Assembly: GCA_017455905.1 (NCBI GenBank)
Contig: JAFTLQ010000016.1
Location: 268-64,267, forward strand
Source: Clostridia bacterium
Lineage (GTDB): Bacteria > Bacillota > Clostridia > Oscillospirales > CAG-272
Direction of reading: 5' to 3'
Length of the DNA: 64,000 bases
Positions within the stretch are counted from its first letter, which is position 1; every line of letters begins with the position of its first letter. Shown piece by piece: positions 1 through 9,554 of the stretch. Both the position numbers and the translations under genes were made by a program. The notes beneath the pieces were generated by a model, which worked only from the letters and a program-made list of their open reading frames with translations, was not told the origin of the DNA and did no database searches.

Positions 1-63
1 TCATGATCTGCCTTACGGCATTCTTTCTCTGAGCAGGAGGACACAAAGAGGAAAGCATGGCTT

Positions 64-98
64 TTCAATTTCTCATTTCGCACTTCGCATTTCGCATT
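64..98. repeat. degenerate heptanucleotide tandem repeat, 5 units (TCGCATT-like)
   Basis: Direct read: ttcaatt/tctcatt/tcgcact/tcgcatt/tcgcatt. It lies in non-coding DNA beyond the addB terminator. Confidence 0.6.
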
Positions 99-254
99 TT
101 ATCGCCCCCTGTGTCATCCCGAGCGGAGCAGACGCACAGCGGATGCGCAGTCGAAGTTTTGCTCCAACAGAGGAGCAAAACCGAGGAGACATAGCGACGA
201 AGGGATCTACTTGGGAAACGATACCTTTTTAAAATTTTCTTTACAGTTGCATAT

Positions 255-306
255 AAAAAGCACCAAAAAGCAAATAATTGTTTGCTTTTTGGTGCTATTT
301 TTTGTT
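255..306 (-). terminator. bidirectional rho-independent terminator just downstream of addB
   Basis: 16-bp stem agcaccaaaaagcaaa (259-274) / tttgctttttggtgct (281-296), with an A-run on the left and a T-run on the right. It starts 15 nt past the addB stop. Confidence 0.75.
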
Positions 307-310
307 TGCT

Positions 311-3300
311 TTACAGCTGTGCGTTGCGGCATATCGGCTTGTAGGCGCAATATTCGCAGGTGCTTTTTTGCTGTTTTTTCTTGATGGGATCGGCGGGGAT
401 CTCGCCGGTCTTCATGCGCTCGGCCACGTGCGTCACGCGGTCGGACACGATGTCGCAAAGCGCCTGCCAGCCCTCGTGCGTGTACAGGCGGTCGACGCTG
501 TGACTGTCGGGGGTGCCGTCCTTTTTGTACTTGATTGGCAGGAATTTCGGATTCATCGCGGCGATGGAGCGGGGGTCATCCAGCAGCATACCGCGGCGTG
601 TCTGCGCTGCCTTCAGCGCGTCCTCGGCACGGCGCGTCGGATCGGATAGGGGCGGGGCGGTCAGCTGTGTGCCGACGTACAGTACGCCGCCCGGGAGGAC
701 GGTCGAATCCTCGCCCGCGCCGAGGGCGGGGCGGAAGTGCTCGCTCTCCACGACGGAACGAAGATACAAGAACATCTGCAGATTCTGCCCCTCCTTGAGA
801 TCCTTTGGCGAAAAGGGCTTGTTTCCCGTTTTGTAATCGACGACGCGCACGTATACGTTGTCTCCGTCGACGAAGGTATCCACGCGGTCGATCGTTCCGT
901 ACACGTATACCCCGTGGCCGTCCGACGTATGGCAGACGATCGGCTGCGGCGTGTCGGACCGACGGTTTTCAATAGGCAATTCGAAGAAGCGCGGCTGATA
1001 GCCGCTCTCGCGCAGCTCCTCCACGATCCCCTCGGTCACGACCGTCGCCGTTTTCGTCAGTCGGTGAAGAAAATGCTTCAGGCGCACGGTGTTTTGCATC
1101 GTATCGGAGCTGACACGGCGAATATAATCGCCGGCTATACGCGCGACCGCCGCGCGGCAGTCCTCGGCCGTCATTTGCTTGAGGTCGGTGCCACCCTCGC
1201 CCGCTTCACGGAAGAAATTCTCCAGGATCGCATGCACGAAGGTACCGATGTTCATGGCATTGAAGGAGGCGCGGCTGTTATCGTCCAGCTTGAGAACGTA
1301 GGTGAGAAAATGCCGCAGGGGACAGGAGAGGAACATTTCGAGTCGGCTCTGCGTCAGCGCGATATCGCCGCCGTACAGCAGACCCGCCGTATCGGCGAGT
1401 GACAGCTCGTCGTTGAGCACGGACATTTGTCCAAGACGTGTCTGTCGGGCAAGAGGCGTCGTATCCAGCGCGGCGCGCAGGGCTTCGGCCGTTTCACGCC
1501 CGATGAGCGGGTTCGATAATCCCGAGAGTGCGTGCGCCGGTGTGTAGGTGCTGTCCCTCGGTGCAAGTGTCGCGGTATCAACGATGGGGATGCGCCCGTG
1601 GGACGCGCGTATCACACGCTCGATCACTCCGGCGCGGCGAAGCGGCTTGAAGGATGCGCCTCGGCGGCAGACGAACAGCGTCACCGTGTCGGACGCTGCC
1701 GTAAAGGCGCGGGAAAAGGCAAACAACTCACGTGCCGTGCCGACGTGATCGGTCGGCTCGGGCGTCAGTCCAAGATCAAAGAGGGTGCGCTTTTCCTGCT
1801 CCGTGAACCACGCTCCCTCGCTTTGTGACGCGGGGAACTCTCCGTCGTGGACGCCAAACAATACGACGTGCGGCTTGTCCGACAGGCGAAGCATATCCGC
1901 CGAGCCGATCGTGATACAGTCCGTATAGGAGGGGATGCGTCCGATGCTGACGGAGGAAAAGGCAATCATCAGAAGCGCGTGAAAGGCGCGCGCGTCGGTC
2001 GGGAGCTCGCCCATGATGTCGACCATTTGCTGCAGCGCGTCGGTCAGAACGGAGAACAGATGCTCGTTTTCCTCCGCCAGCGTTTGCTCGCCCATGCGAC
2101 GCAGCTCGGCCGAGCGCGCAAGCAACGTCTCCTCCAAATGCAGATCGATCATAAACTTCATCAAGGCACGTGCTTGCTCCTTGACACTGCGGCTCTGCGT
2201 CTGCCGCTCGGCCAAGTCGAGCAGGGGAGAGAGCAGGGTGCGGCGGGTCGTGTCGATGCGGTGAAGTGCCTCCTCCGCACCGTCGCGCCAACGGTCGGTA
2301 TAGCCGTCGGGGTTCATGTTCCAGATCTCATCCCGTGTAAAGTGAGACCCCGTAATGCGCCAGCGCTCGGCGTACAGCTCAAATTCGTCGCAGGCCTCGG
2401 GGGCAATACCTGACAGGCCGCATTTGGCGTAGGCGAGGATATCCTCGCGCTTATAGCCGCCGAGGATGATGCGAAACGCCGTGTCGATGAGCTTGACCGC
2501 CTCAAAGGCGGTGACGTCCCGCTTTTCCGACATGAAGAAGGGAATGCCCGCCTCTGCGAGGGCTGTATCCACGATGCCGCGATACTGCTCCGCGTGACGC
2601 ATGACGATGGCAAAATCGCTGTAATGTGCGCCATTCTGTATACAGCGCTGAATGTAAGATGCTAAAAACTCTGCCGCGTCAAACGGCGTGTCGGATTCAA
2701 ACATCCGGAGATGATTTGGCGTGTTTTGTAAAGAATTATAGTCAACATCGGCGCTCGCTTGCCATAATACACGTGAAATTTCGTACAAGCCTTCGTCTTT
2801 TGTACGCGTGTTTCCAACGGAATACAGGCGACGCTTTGGTACGGAGGCACGGTCGGCCAGGTGAAGCAGGCGATCCGCCGTGCGACGTGTTTCGGTATAT
2901 TCGAAGCCCTCGCTGCGTGCCTTGGACAACGTCAGATACACGGTCAGATGACAGCGCGTGAGAAGCTGCTCGATGACGTGCAGCTGCGGCTCGGTAAAGG
3001 AGGTAAATCCGTCGATATAGATCACGGCATCGGCGAAGAGGTCGCGGTGCTGCTTCAGCGTACGGGCCAATGCCTCAACGTCCTCGCCCACGTCCGCAAA
3101 GCGCTCGTTGTGCAGGCGGCGAAAGGTGGCGGCGATGATCGACAGGTCGTGCATCTTTTCCTTCAAGCGGGAAGAAACGTTGAGTGCCTCGCTTTGCGTG
3201 GCGGAGGCCAAGGCGTCGGCATCGATGCCAAGTCCTTGCATGTCCGACAGGGCGGCGAGTGCCTGAGTGACGTCGGCCGTGCCGATATCCTTCCTCGTTC

Positions 3301-3616
3301 GTCTATGCAGCACGGGTGCCGCTTCGGTGAGCGCCTGCCACATGATCAGCGCCTTGGCGGTGGCCGTGGAGTATACCTCGGACAAGCCTCCGACCGTACG
3401 GAAGGCTGTGTTGGCCAGGCGCGAGAAATTGGTGACCTCAAAACGCAACGAGGCGTTCGGCGGGAGCCGCTTGGAGGCTTCCTTTTCAACTAAGAGCGTT
3501 TGCTGCTCCGGCACGATCAGAAAGGCGCGTGTGCCCTGCTGAAGGTGTTGGGCGATCTGTGTGTACAGCTCGTCCCGGTAGTCGTAGTGAAATTCAGTCG
3601 TATGCAGCGTCAGCAC
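311..3616 (-). CDS. addB: ATP-dependent helicase/nuclease subunit B (AddB/RexB type)
   Basis: 1101-aa ORF. The C-terminal PD-(D/E)XK nuclease motif is present (GTIDRVD ... VVDYKTG). The Fe-S cysteines are also present (SCPLRHF plus CEYCAYKPIC = CxxCx5C). The N-terminus is helicase-like and has no Walker A, as in the RexB-type subunit. Confidence 0.85.
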   Translation of the reverse strand: MLTLHTTEFHYDYRDELYTQIAQHLQQGTRAFLIVPEQQTLLVEKEASKRLPPNASLRFEVTNFSRLANTAFRTVGGLSEVYSTATAKALIMWQALTEAAPVLHRRTRKDIGTADVTQALAALSDMQGLGIDADALASATQSEALNVSSRLKEKMHDLSIIAATFRRLHNERFADVGEDVEALARTLKQHRDLFADAVIYIDGFTSFTEPQLHVIEQLLTRCHLTVYLTLSKARSEGFEYTETRRTADRLLHLADRASVPKRRLYSVGNTRTKDEGLYEISRVLWQASADVDYNSLQNTPNHLRMFESDTPFDAAEFLASYIQRCIQNGAHYSDFAIVMRHAEQYRGIVDTALAEAGIPFFMSEKRDVTAFEAVKLIDTAFRIILGGYKREDILAYAKCGLSGIAPEACDEFELYAERWRITGSHFTRDEIWNMNPDGYTDRWRDGAEEALHRIDTTRRTLLSPLLDLAERQTQSRSVKEQARALMKFMIDLHLEETLLARSAELRRMGEQTLAEENEHLFSVLTDALQQMVDIMGELPTDARAFHALLMIAFSSVSIGRIPSYTDCITIGSADMLRLSDKPHVVLFGVHDGEFPASQSEGAWFTEQEKRTLFDLGLTPEPTDHVGTARELFAFSRAFTAASDTVTLFVCRRGASFKPLRRAGVIERVIRASHGRIPIVDTATLAPRDSTYTPAHALSGLSNPLIGRETAEALRAALDTTPLARQTRLGQMSVLNDELSLADTAGLLYGGDIALTQSRLEMFLSCPLRHFLTYVLKLDDNSRASFNAMNIGTFVHAILENFFREAGEGGTDLKQMTAEDCRAAVARIAGDYIRRVSSDTMQNTVRLKHFLHRLTKTATVVTEGIVEELRESGYQPRFFELPIENRRSDTPQPIVCHTSDGHGVYVYGTIDRVDTFVDGDNVYVRVVDYKTGNKPFSPKDLKEGQNLQMFLYLRSVVESEHFRPALGAGEDSTVLPGGVLYVGTQLTAPPLSDPTRRAEDALKAAQTRRGMLLDDPRSIAAMNPKFLPIKYKKDGTPDSHSVDRLYTHEGWQALCDIVSDRVTHVAERMKTGEIPADPIKKKQQKSTCEYCAYKPICRNAQL

Positions 3617-3663
3617 GTCCGTGCTCCTTTCGTTCGTTTTTTCTTCATTTTAGCTTGCTTATA

Positions 3664-4257
3664 TCACGTGGAAGCGTTCGTCGGCGCCAGATATCGCCGA
3701 TCGATGCGATACCCGCCGCCGCGCGTCGACAGAAGGATGCGTTCGCCTCCCGCCTCCAGCTTCTTTCGCAGATAATGTATATAGACGTTGATCGCACCCT
3801 CGCTCGACGTTCCTCCGCGCATGCAGCGTGCAAGCGCTTCGCGCGAAACGGTGGCGCCGTCCGCCTCGATAAGAGCGCAGAGGAGGGCATGCTCCGTCTC
3901 GGTCAGCTCGATATGCCGCCCTTTCCACACGACCCCGTGCTCCGTCATCCTCAGCAAAGGCGAAGCGGAGGAGGCGCGGCGCTCGACGCAAGCGACCGCC
4001 GCGCCGATCGGGAAGGGAAGGGAGAGGACGGTGCCGTGCGACCGTGCATCGGCCGACGTGCGTCTTGTAAGACCGACGTCCGTTTCCCTCATGGGGGCGT
4101 CGGGATATGCGTCAAGATCGATAAAACAAAGGGTGTCGTGTGCGCCCGACGGTGCGCCCGTATGGATCTGCACGCGGTAGCCGGCTTCGCCAAGCTCCAG
4201 CCGCAGCAGCTGGCCGACCTGCTCGTCGGGTGTAAAGACCGTGATCGATGGCTTCAT
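3664..4257 (-). CDS. OmpR-family winged-helix regulator with a degenerate (pseudo-)receiver domain
   Basis: The C-terminal trans_reg_C pattern is ELTETEHALLCALIEADGATVSREAL...INVYIHYLRKKLE...GGGYRI. The N-terminal roughly 95 aa resemble a receiver (CFIDLDAY) but are short. They have TPDE instead of the DD pocket and LPF instead of KPF. I chose the start at MKPSITV; the ORF continues up to 4296. No histidine kinase gene is nearby. Confidence 0.7.
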   Translation of the reverse strand: MKPSITVFTPDEQVGQLLRLELGEAGYRVQIHTGAPSGAHDTLCFIDLDAYPDAPMRETDVGLTRRTSADARSHGTVLSLPFPIGAAVACVERRASSASPLLRMTEHGVVWKGRHIELTETEHALLCALIEADGATVSREALARCMRGGTSSEGAINVYIHYLRKKLEAGGERILLSTRGGGYRIDRRYLAPTNAST

Positions 4258-4485
4258 CGGGACTCCTTCGGATGGCAGAGCTCTCGGGCTCGCCATCCCG
4301 TAATGCTTTGCCTACATTATACCCTTCGCCGGTGCGTTTGTCAATACGGACGCAGGGGATGAGAAAGAGAAAAAAAGCGGCTGCGACGACAAAAAACGCA
4401 ATGTAGGCGGCAATATTTGCAATTGTTGGAGAGGAAAGAATCGTGTATAATGAAAGAAAATCCTACCATCAAAGGAGCTATTCCC

Positions 4486-5448
4486 ATGACTATGAACGAA
4501 GAACTCTATTCGATCGGCCTCATTCCCGTCATCAAGATCGAGGATCCCGATGATGCGGTTCCGCTTGCCAAGGCGTTGATCGACGGCGGCCTGCCTGCAG
4601 CGGAAATTACGTTCCGTACGGCTTGTGCGGCGGAGGCGATCTCCAATATTACGAAGGCGTACCCCGACATGCTCGTCGGCGCCGGCACGGTATTGACGAC
4701 CGAGCAGGTCGACGCAGCGATCGCTGCCGGATCGAAGTTTATCGTATCGCCCGGCCTCAATCCCAAGGTCGTGTCCTATTGCCTGAGCAAGGGCGTTCCC
4801 ATGCTGCCCGGCTGCTCGAACCCCTCCGATATTGAGGCAGCGCTGGAGCTCGGACTCAAGACGGTCAAGTTCTTTCCTGCCGAGGCGGCCGGCGGTCTTA
4901 AGATGCTGAAGGCCATGGCGGCTCCGTACGGTCAGCTGACCTTTATGCCGACCGGCGGTATCAACGCGGACAATCTGCTGGACTACCTGAGCTTCAACAA
5001 GATCATCGCCTGCGGCGGCTCGTTCATGGTAAAAGACGACCTTGTCAAGGCGAAGAAGTGGGACGAGATCACGGCACTGACCAAGAACGCCGTAAAGACC
5101 ATGCTCGGTCTGGAATTCGTTCACATGGGCATCAACAATGAAAACGCCGAGGACGCCATGCGCGGCGCCAAGCTGTTCGAGACCCTCTTTGGTCTGACGC
5201 TGAAGGACGGCAACAAATCCGTATTTGCAGGCGACGCCTTCGAGTTTATGAAGTCCAAGGGCCGCGGCACGTGCGGTCATATCGGCATCCGCACGAACTT
5301 TGTCGACCGTGCCATGGATTACTTCAAGCGTATGGGCTTTGCCTTTGACGAAAGCACCGTTACGTACGACGAAAAGACCGGTAAGCCCAAATTCGTTTAC
5401 TTCAAGGACGAGATCTGCGGCTTTGCCGTGCATCTGGTAAAAAAGTAA
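4486..5448 (+). CDS. eda: KDPG/KHG aldolase (Eda) fused to a C-terminal VOC/glyoxalase-like domain
   Basis: Residues 1-200 read as an Eda-type aldolase (GLIPVIK..., ITFRT, VGAGTVL, FIVSPG, KFFPAE, MPTGGI). Residues 215-320 (LEFVHMGINNE...HIGIRT...GFAVHLV) read as a VOC-fold module. RBS aaaggag lies 7 nt upstream of the ATG at 4486. Confidence 0.75.
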   Translation: MTMNEELYSIGLIPVIKIEDPDDAVPLAKALIDGGLPAAEITFRTACAAEAISNITKAYPDMLVGAGTVLTTEQVDAAIAAGSKFIVSPGLNPKVVSYCLSKGVPMLPGCSNPSDIEAALELGLKTVKFFPAEAAGGLKMLKAMAAPYGQLTFMPTGGINADNLLDYLSFNKIIACGGSFMVKDDLVKAKKWDEITALTKNAVKTMLGLEFVHMGINNENAEDAMRGAKLFETLFGLTLKDGNKSVFAGDAFEFMKSKGRGTCGHIGIRTNFVDRAMDYFKRMGFAFDESTVTYDEKTGKPKFVYFKDEICGFAVHLVKK

Positions 5449-5469
5449 GCGCAGCATAGATCCCAGTCA

Positions 5470-5526
5470 CCCACCCCGCACGCCGGACGCCCGATGGGTC
5501 GTCTCGCCTGCTGGGTGGGTTTTTTG
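5470..5526 (+). terminator. probable intrinsic terminator after eda
   Basis: cccaccc (5470-5476) pairs with gggtggg (5513-5519) around a structured loop, followed by tttttt. Confidence 0.45.
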
Positions 5527-5891
5527 CGTTGCATGCCCGCCCGGGGGGACGGCGCACACGCCGTTCACCGACAGCAAAAGACCCCTTTGGCAGGCACCGA
5601 GCAGCGTAGGGCGATGTGTAGAAATTTTTATTCATATTTTGTGCATTATAAACAAAAAACAAGGAATTGCCTTGTATAGAAGGGCAAAGTCCAAGCAAAC
5701 TCAAAAATAGTAAGTGTGAATTACATTATAAAATATTTAAAATATAATATGTCAAGCCTATCTTGATTACGCCGGTTTTTTTAAAAAAATCGGACGCATT
5801 CGTTGACAATGTATGTTTACAATTATTTTTTTGATTCCATTTGTTGGTAAAAAGACGGGCGGGAATTGAACAAATCGCGAAAATCTGCTTC

Positions 5892-5920
5892 TTGACTTTT
5901 AAAAAAATATATGTTATAAT
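5892..5920 (+). promoter_or_regulatory. near-consensus sigma-A promoter for the 6041-19282 operon
   Basis: TTGACT, 17 nt, TATAAT, inside a visibly AT-rich 590-bp intergenic region about 120 nt upstream of the first ATG. Confidence 0.6.
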
Positions 5921-6040
5921 CTATCAAGCTAATGTAGAGGCTCTTTGCTTTTTTATCGCGCACACGCGTATACTTGTGTGATGTTATGGAAGCGAAGGAC
6001 CCGAGCAAGCAACGAATTACTCTGGGGAGGAATACAATCC

Positions 6041-9000
6041 ATGAAAAGAACGATGTTTCAGAGAGTACTTTGCCTTGTGCTTTCTGTAACAGTGCTGCTT
6101 GGCATGTTTGGTATTTCCACATCAGCAGCCGGAATGAAGGACGTAGACGTTCAGGCTTCTCTTGCGGAAATGGATGCGTTTTTGAATGCGTCATCCTACG
6201 CCGAATATTATGCGAAGTATCACCCGACCGACGATCCCGATCAGTACATACCGGTGGGAGCCGATGCGATCCACGTATCCATCAAGGACTTCCAGAGCGG
6301 CAGTGCTGCGCAGCTCGTGAAAGACAACGATGCCTGCCAGTCGTCGTACTACGAGAGTGCAGGGGACTGGGAAAGCTTCGGTGATTTCAACACCGTTGGC
6401 GCCGAGGCCGTCTATCTTCCTGCGACCGATGCCAGCGGCAACGTAGGCAAGGCCACATGGGAATTCACCGTAATGACCGCCGGCCTTTACTACATTCAGA
6501 TCGAGTTCTTCGACTGCAACACGGGCGAGAGCTCCATCAGCTCGATCGAGCGCAAGCTGCTTATTGACGACAACGTGCCCTTTACCGAGGCGAGCTACAT
6601 CGACCTTTGGAAAAACTGGGAATACAACAACACGAAGGTGTATACGCTGGATGCGTATGAGACCTACTACGAGCAGACCTATGAGAAGGCACTTCCCGAG
6701 CTTGCCGACGGCTTCTCGTACGATCTCATCGACCGCAAGGAGAACGGCGCTTACATCCGTCATTACGTATACGAGGAGAACGGTGTCCGTATGGTGAAGG
6801 CCACGGTGCTTTCGCAGGATATCAACGGCAACTCCATGTCGCCCGACGCGGTGCAGGCACCGAAGTGGAATACCTACACCTGCAACGACTCGACCGGCTA
6901 CACGCAGGGTAACTTCCAGTTCTTCTTCTCCGCATCCTCTGCGGAGGGTGAAAAGCACACCATCACGCTGGAGGCTGAGCGCGAGCCTGTGATCGTCAAG
7001 TCCATTACGCTGATCCCCGTCGGAAGCGACGACGTGACGACCAAGAGCTACGCCGAGATCAAGGCAGAGTATGAAAGCCTTGGCTATCAGCCGGCCGCCG
7101 AGGGAACGATGACCATCATTCAGGCCGAGTTCCCGGATCTCGTTTCGGACGCATCGGTTTCCGCAACGAACGACAACTCCTCGAGCGCTACGTATCCCAC
7201 GACCGCTAAGGCGCAGCTGTACAACGTTATCGGTGAAAACAGCTACAGCTCGGTCGGTCAATGGGCGGCGTACACCTTTACCGTCAGCGAGGACGGTCTT
7301 TACAAGTTCGGCATGCGCTACCTGCAGAACGCCTTGCAGGGTATGTTCGTCTGCCGTGCGATCAAGCTCAGCGGCGGCTCGTACGGATTAGCCGACGGAA
7401 CGCCGACGCTTCCGTTCAACGAGGCAAATAACGCACGCTTCAATTACAGCGACGAGTGGCAGTCCTCCTTCGTCGGTGATGCAAACGAAGTGTTTGAATT
7501 CTATTTCGAGGCAGGCGTGGAATACACGCTGTACCTTGAATGCTCGCTCGGATCGCTTCAGTCGCTGCTGGCATCCGCAGAGCTCGCCCTTGAGAATATC
7601 AACGCGGCGTACCTGCGTATCCTTCAGCTGACCGGTGCCGACCCCGACGAATATAAGAACTATCAGTTCCCCGAGGTCATGCCCGACGTGCTGATCACGC
7701 TTCTTGAAGAGGGTATTCGTCTGTGCGGCATCGCGGATGAGTTCGTGGAGCTGGCCGAGGGCGATATCGGCTCGCATATTGCTATCCTTGACAACGTTGC
7801 GCGTCTGCTGGACCGTATCGGAAGCGACAACGGTTACGAGATCGCCCGTAACCTGGCGAACCTCAAGGCAAACCTTGGTACGCTCGGTACGTGGATCAAC
7901 GATTCCAAGCGCAGCTCGATGACGGTGGATGCGATCTACGTCGTACCTGCCGATGCGAACGAGAAAGTTCTTCCTCGTGCCAAGGCCGGCTTCTTCGCCA
8001 ACCTTTGGTTTGAGGTCAAGGCCTTCTTCTGCTCCTTCTTTACCGATTACGAGGCCATGGGTCTTACCGTGGTGCCCGACGAGGATGCAACGACCATCGA
8101 CGTATGGCTTGCCACCGGTCGTGACCAGTCCAAGATCTGGCGTAGCATGATCGATATTGAGGGTGAGGGCGGCTTTACCAGCAATACCGGCACAGCCGTT
8201 ACGCTGAAGCTGGTTACGGCAGGAACGCTTCTGCCGTCCATTCTGGCAGGCAAAGGCCCTGACGTCTATCTCGGCCTCGGTGCTGCCGACGTTATCAACT
8301 ACGCGATCCGTGACGCGGTTCTCGGTATCAGCGGTAACGATCCGCGCCTGGCAGAGCCGAACGCCAAGGGCGTGGTTGAGAACGAGTATTTCACTTCCTA
8401 TTATTATACGTACTATAACGAGCAGACCGGCGAGTTTGAGCGCACGACGACGCCCGATCCCAGCCGTACGGCCACCTACGTATCCAAGCCCTTCAGCGAG
8501 GTAGCCTCGGTCTACAACCCCGACACTGGTGAAGGCAACTTTGTCGCGGCTGCTTTGGACACCGTAACGCTGCGTAACGTTTCGTACGGCTTACCGATGA
8601 CGATGTCCTTCGCTATGATGTTCTACCGTGCCGACGTCCTCGCCGAGCTGGATTCCGAGGTTCCCGAGACGTGGTCGGATCTTCTGTCGCTCCTTCCCGA
8701 GCTGCAGGCGAATAACATGTCTGTCGGTATTACCTACGCGTCCGCTATCAACTTCCTCCTTTACCAGATGGGAGGCAACATGTGGCGTTACACCGATGAC
8801 CCCACGGGCGATTATGCCGGTGCGCGCATCGGTCTGGATACCAACACCGCCTACGAGGCCTTTGACTTCGTATGCAAGCTCTATACCGATTATTCCTTCC
8901 CTGTAACCTTTGACGCAGCCAACCGTTTCAGAACCGGTGAAATGCCGATCCTTGTCGGTGACTACGCCACGATATATAACCAGCTGATTGTCTTTGCTAC

Positions 9001-9523
9001 CGAAATCAACGGTCTGTGGGAGTTCTGCTCCTTGCCCGGATGGGTCAACACCGCAGAGGATGGAACAAAAACCTTCAATTATGACTCTCTCGCCGGTATC
9101 GGCGCGACGGTCATGCTGTACGGTTGTGACGATAAGCTCGCTGCATGGGAGTTCATGCAGTGGCAGACGGACGCCGAACGTCAGGCAGATTACGGCAACA
9201 AGATGGTTGCCCTGATCGGTCCTTCTGCCAAGTATGAATCCGCTAACGTGCAGGCGATCCGTAACCTTTCCTGGAGTGCATCGGAGATCGCGGCCATCAA
9301 CGACCAGATCAACCACATGTCCAGTATCGTTAACTATCCCGGCTCTTATATCATCGACCGTTACACGAAATTCGCTTTCCTTGATGCGTATAACAACGGC
9401 ACCAAGCCTGTTGACGCGATTCGCGGTTACATCGATGCCATCAACTCGGAGATCGAGAGAAAACGTGAAGAGTTTGATCTTCCTACTCTTGAGCCCGGTG
9501 AAGTGCCCGATTACCTCAATTAA
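6041..9523 (+). CDS. giant secreted ABC substrate-binding protein: about 650-aa N-terminal extension (two CBM-like beta-sandwich segments plus a helical segment) fused to a family-1 sugar SBP domain
   Basis: RBS ggggagg precedes the ATG at 6041. The signal peptide is MKRTMFQRVLCLVLSVTVLLGMFGISTSAAG, with no lipobox Cys. Two segments look like galactose-binding-like/CBM modules: GKATWEFTVMTAGLYYIQIEF and GQWAAYTFTVSEDGLYKFGMRY. From about residue 690 the sequence has an SBP_bac_1-like pattern (TIDVWLATGRDQSKIW..., LPSILAGKGPDVYLG, MMFYRADVL...WSDLL). Confidence 0.7.
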   Translation: MKRTMFQRVLCLVLSVTVLLGMFGISTSAAGMKDVDVQASLAEMDAFLNASSYAEYYAKYHPTDDPDQYIPVGADAIHVSIKDFQSGSAAQLVKDNDACQSSYYESAGDWESFGDFNTVGAEAVYLPATDASGNVGKATWEFTVMTAGLYYIQIEFFDCNTGESSISSIERKLLIDDNVPFTEASYIDLWKNWEYNNTKVYTLDAYETYYEQTYEKALPELADGFSYDLIDRKENGAYIRHYVYEENGVRMVKATVLSQDINGNSMSPDAVQAPKWNTYTCNDSTGYTQGNFQFFFSASSAEGEKHTITLEAEREPVIVKSITLIPVGSDDVTTKSYAEIKAEYESLGYQPAAEGTMTIIQAEFPDLVSDASVSATNDNSSSATYPTTAKAQLYNVIGENSYSSVGQWAAYTFTVSEDGLYKFGMRYLQNALQGMFVCRAIKLSGGSYGLADGTPTLPFNEANNARFNYSDEWQSSFVGDANEVFEFYFEAGVEYTLYLECSLGSLQSLLASAELALENINAAYLRILQLTGADPDEYKNYQFPEVMPDVLITLLEEGIRLCGIADEFVELAEGDIGSHIAILDNVARLLDRIGSDNGYEIARNLANLKANLGTLGTWINDSKRSSMTVDAIYVVPADANEKVLPRAKAGFFANLWFEVKAFFCSFFTDYEAMGLTVVPDEDATTIDVWLATGRDQSKIWRSMIDIEGEGGFTSNTGTAVTLKLVTAGTLLPSILAGKGPDVYLGLGAADVINYAIRDAVLGISGNDPRLAEPNAKGVVENEYFTSYYYTYYNEQTGEFERTTTPDPSRTATYVSKPFSEVASVYNPDTGEGNFVAAALDTVTLRNVSYGLPMTMSFAMMFYRADVLAELDSEVPETWSDLLSLLPELQANNMSVGITYASAINFLLYQMGGNMWRYTDDPTGDYAGARIGLDTNTAYEAFDFVCKLYTDYSFPVTFDAANRFRTGEMPILVGDYATIYNQLIVFATEINGLWEFCSLPGWVNTAEDGTKTFNYDSLAGIGATVMLYGCDDKLAAWEFMQWQTDAERQADYGNKMVALIGPSAKYESANVQAIRNLSWSASEIAAINDQINHMSSIVNYPGSYIIDRYTKFAFLDAYNNGTKPVDAIRGYIDAINSEIERKREEFDLPTLEPGEVPDYLN

Positions 9524-9554
9524 GACGGATTTTGTAGATTAAGGAGAAAAATAT

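Noticed and set aside
5776-5797. ccggtttttttaaaaaaatcgg palindrome as a terminator
   Set aside because: The stem is almost entirely A:T pairs with a 4-nt GC clamp and one mismatch. This is more likely AT-rich promoter-region DNA than a functional terminator.
5945-6040. Upstream extensions of ORF-track calls (5945, 23991-24239, 30739, 32888, 34990, 41791, 54236, 55008, 56347, 58677)
   Set aside because: In each case an internal ATG preceded by a GGAGG-like RBS begins the conserved or signal-peptide N-terminus. The extension overlaps promoters, terminators or the preceding gene.
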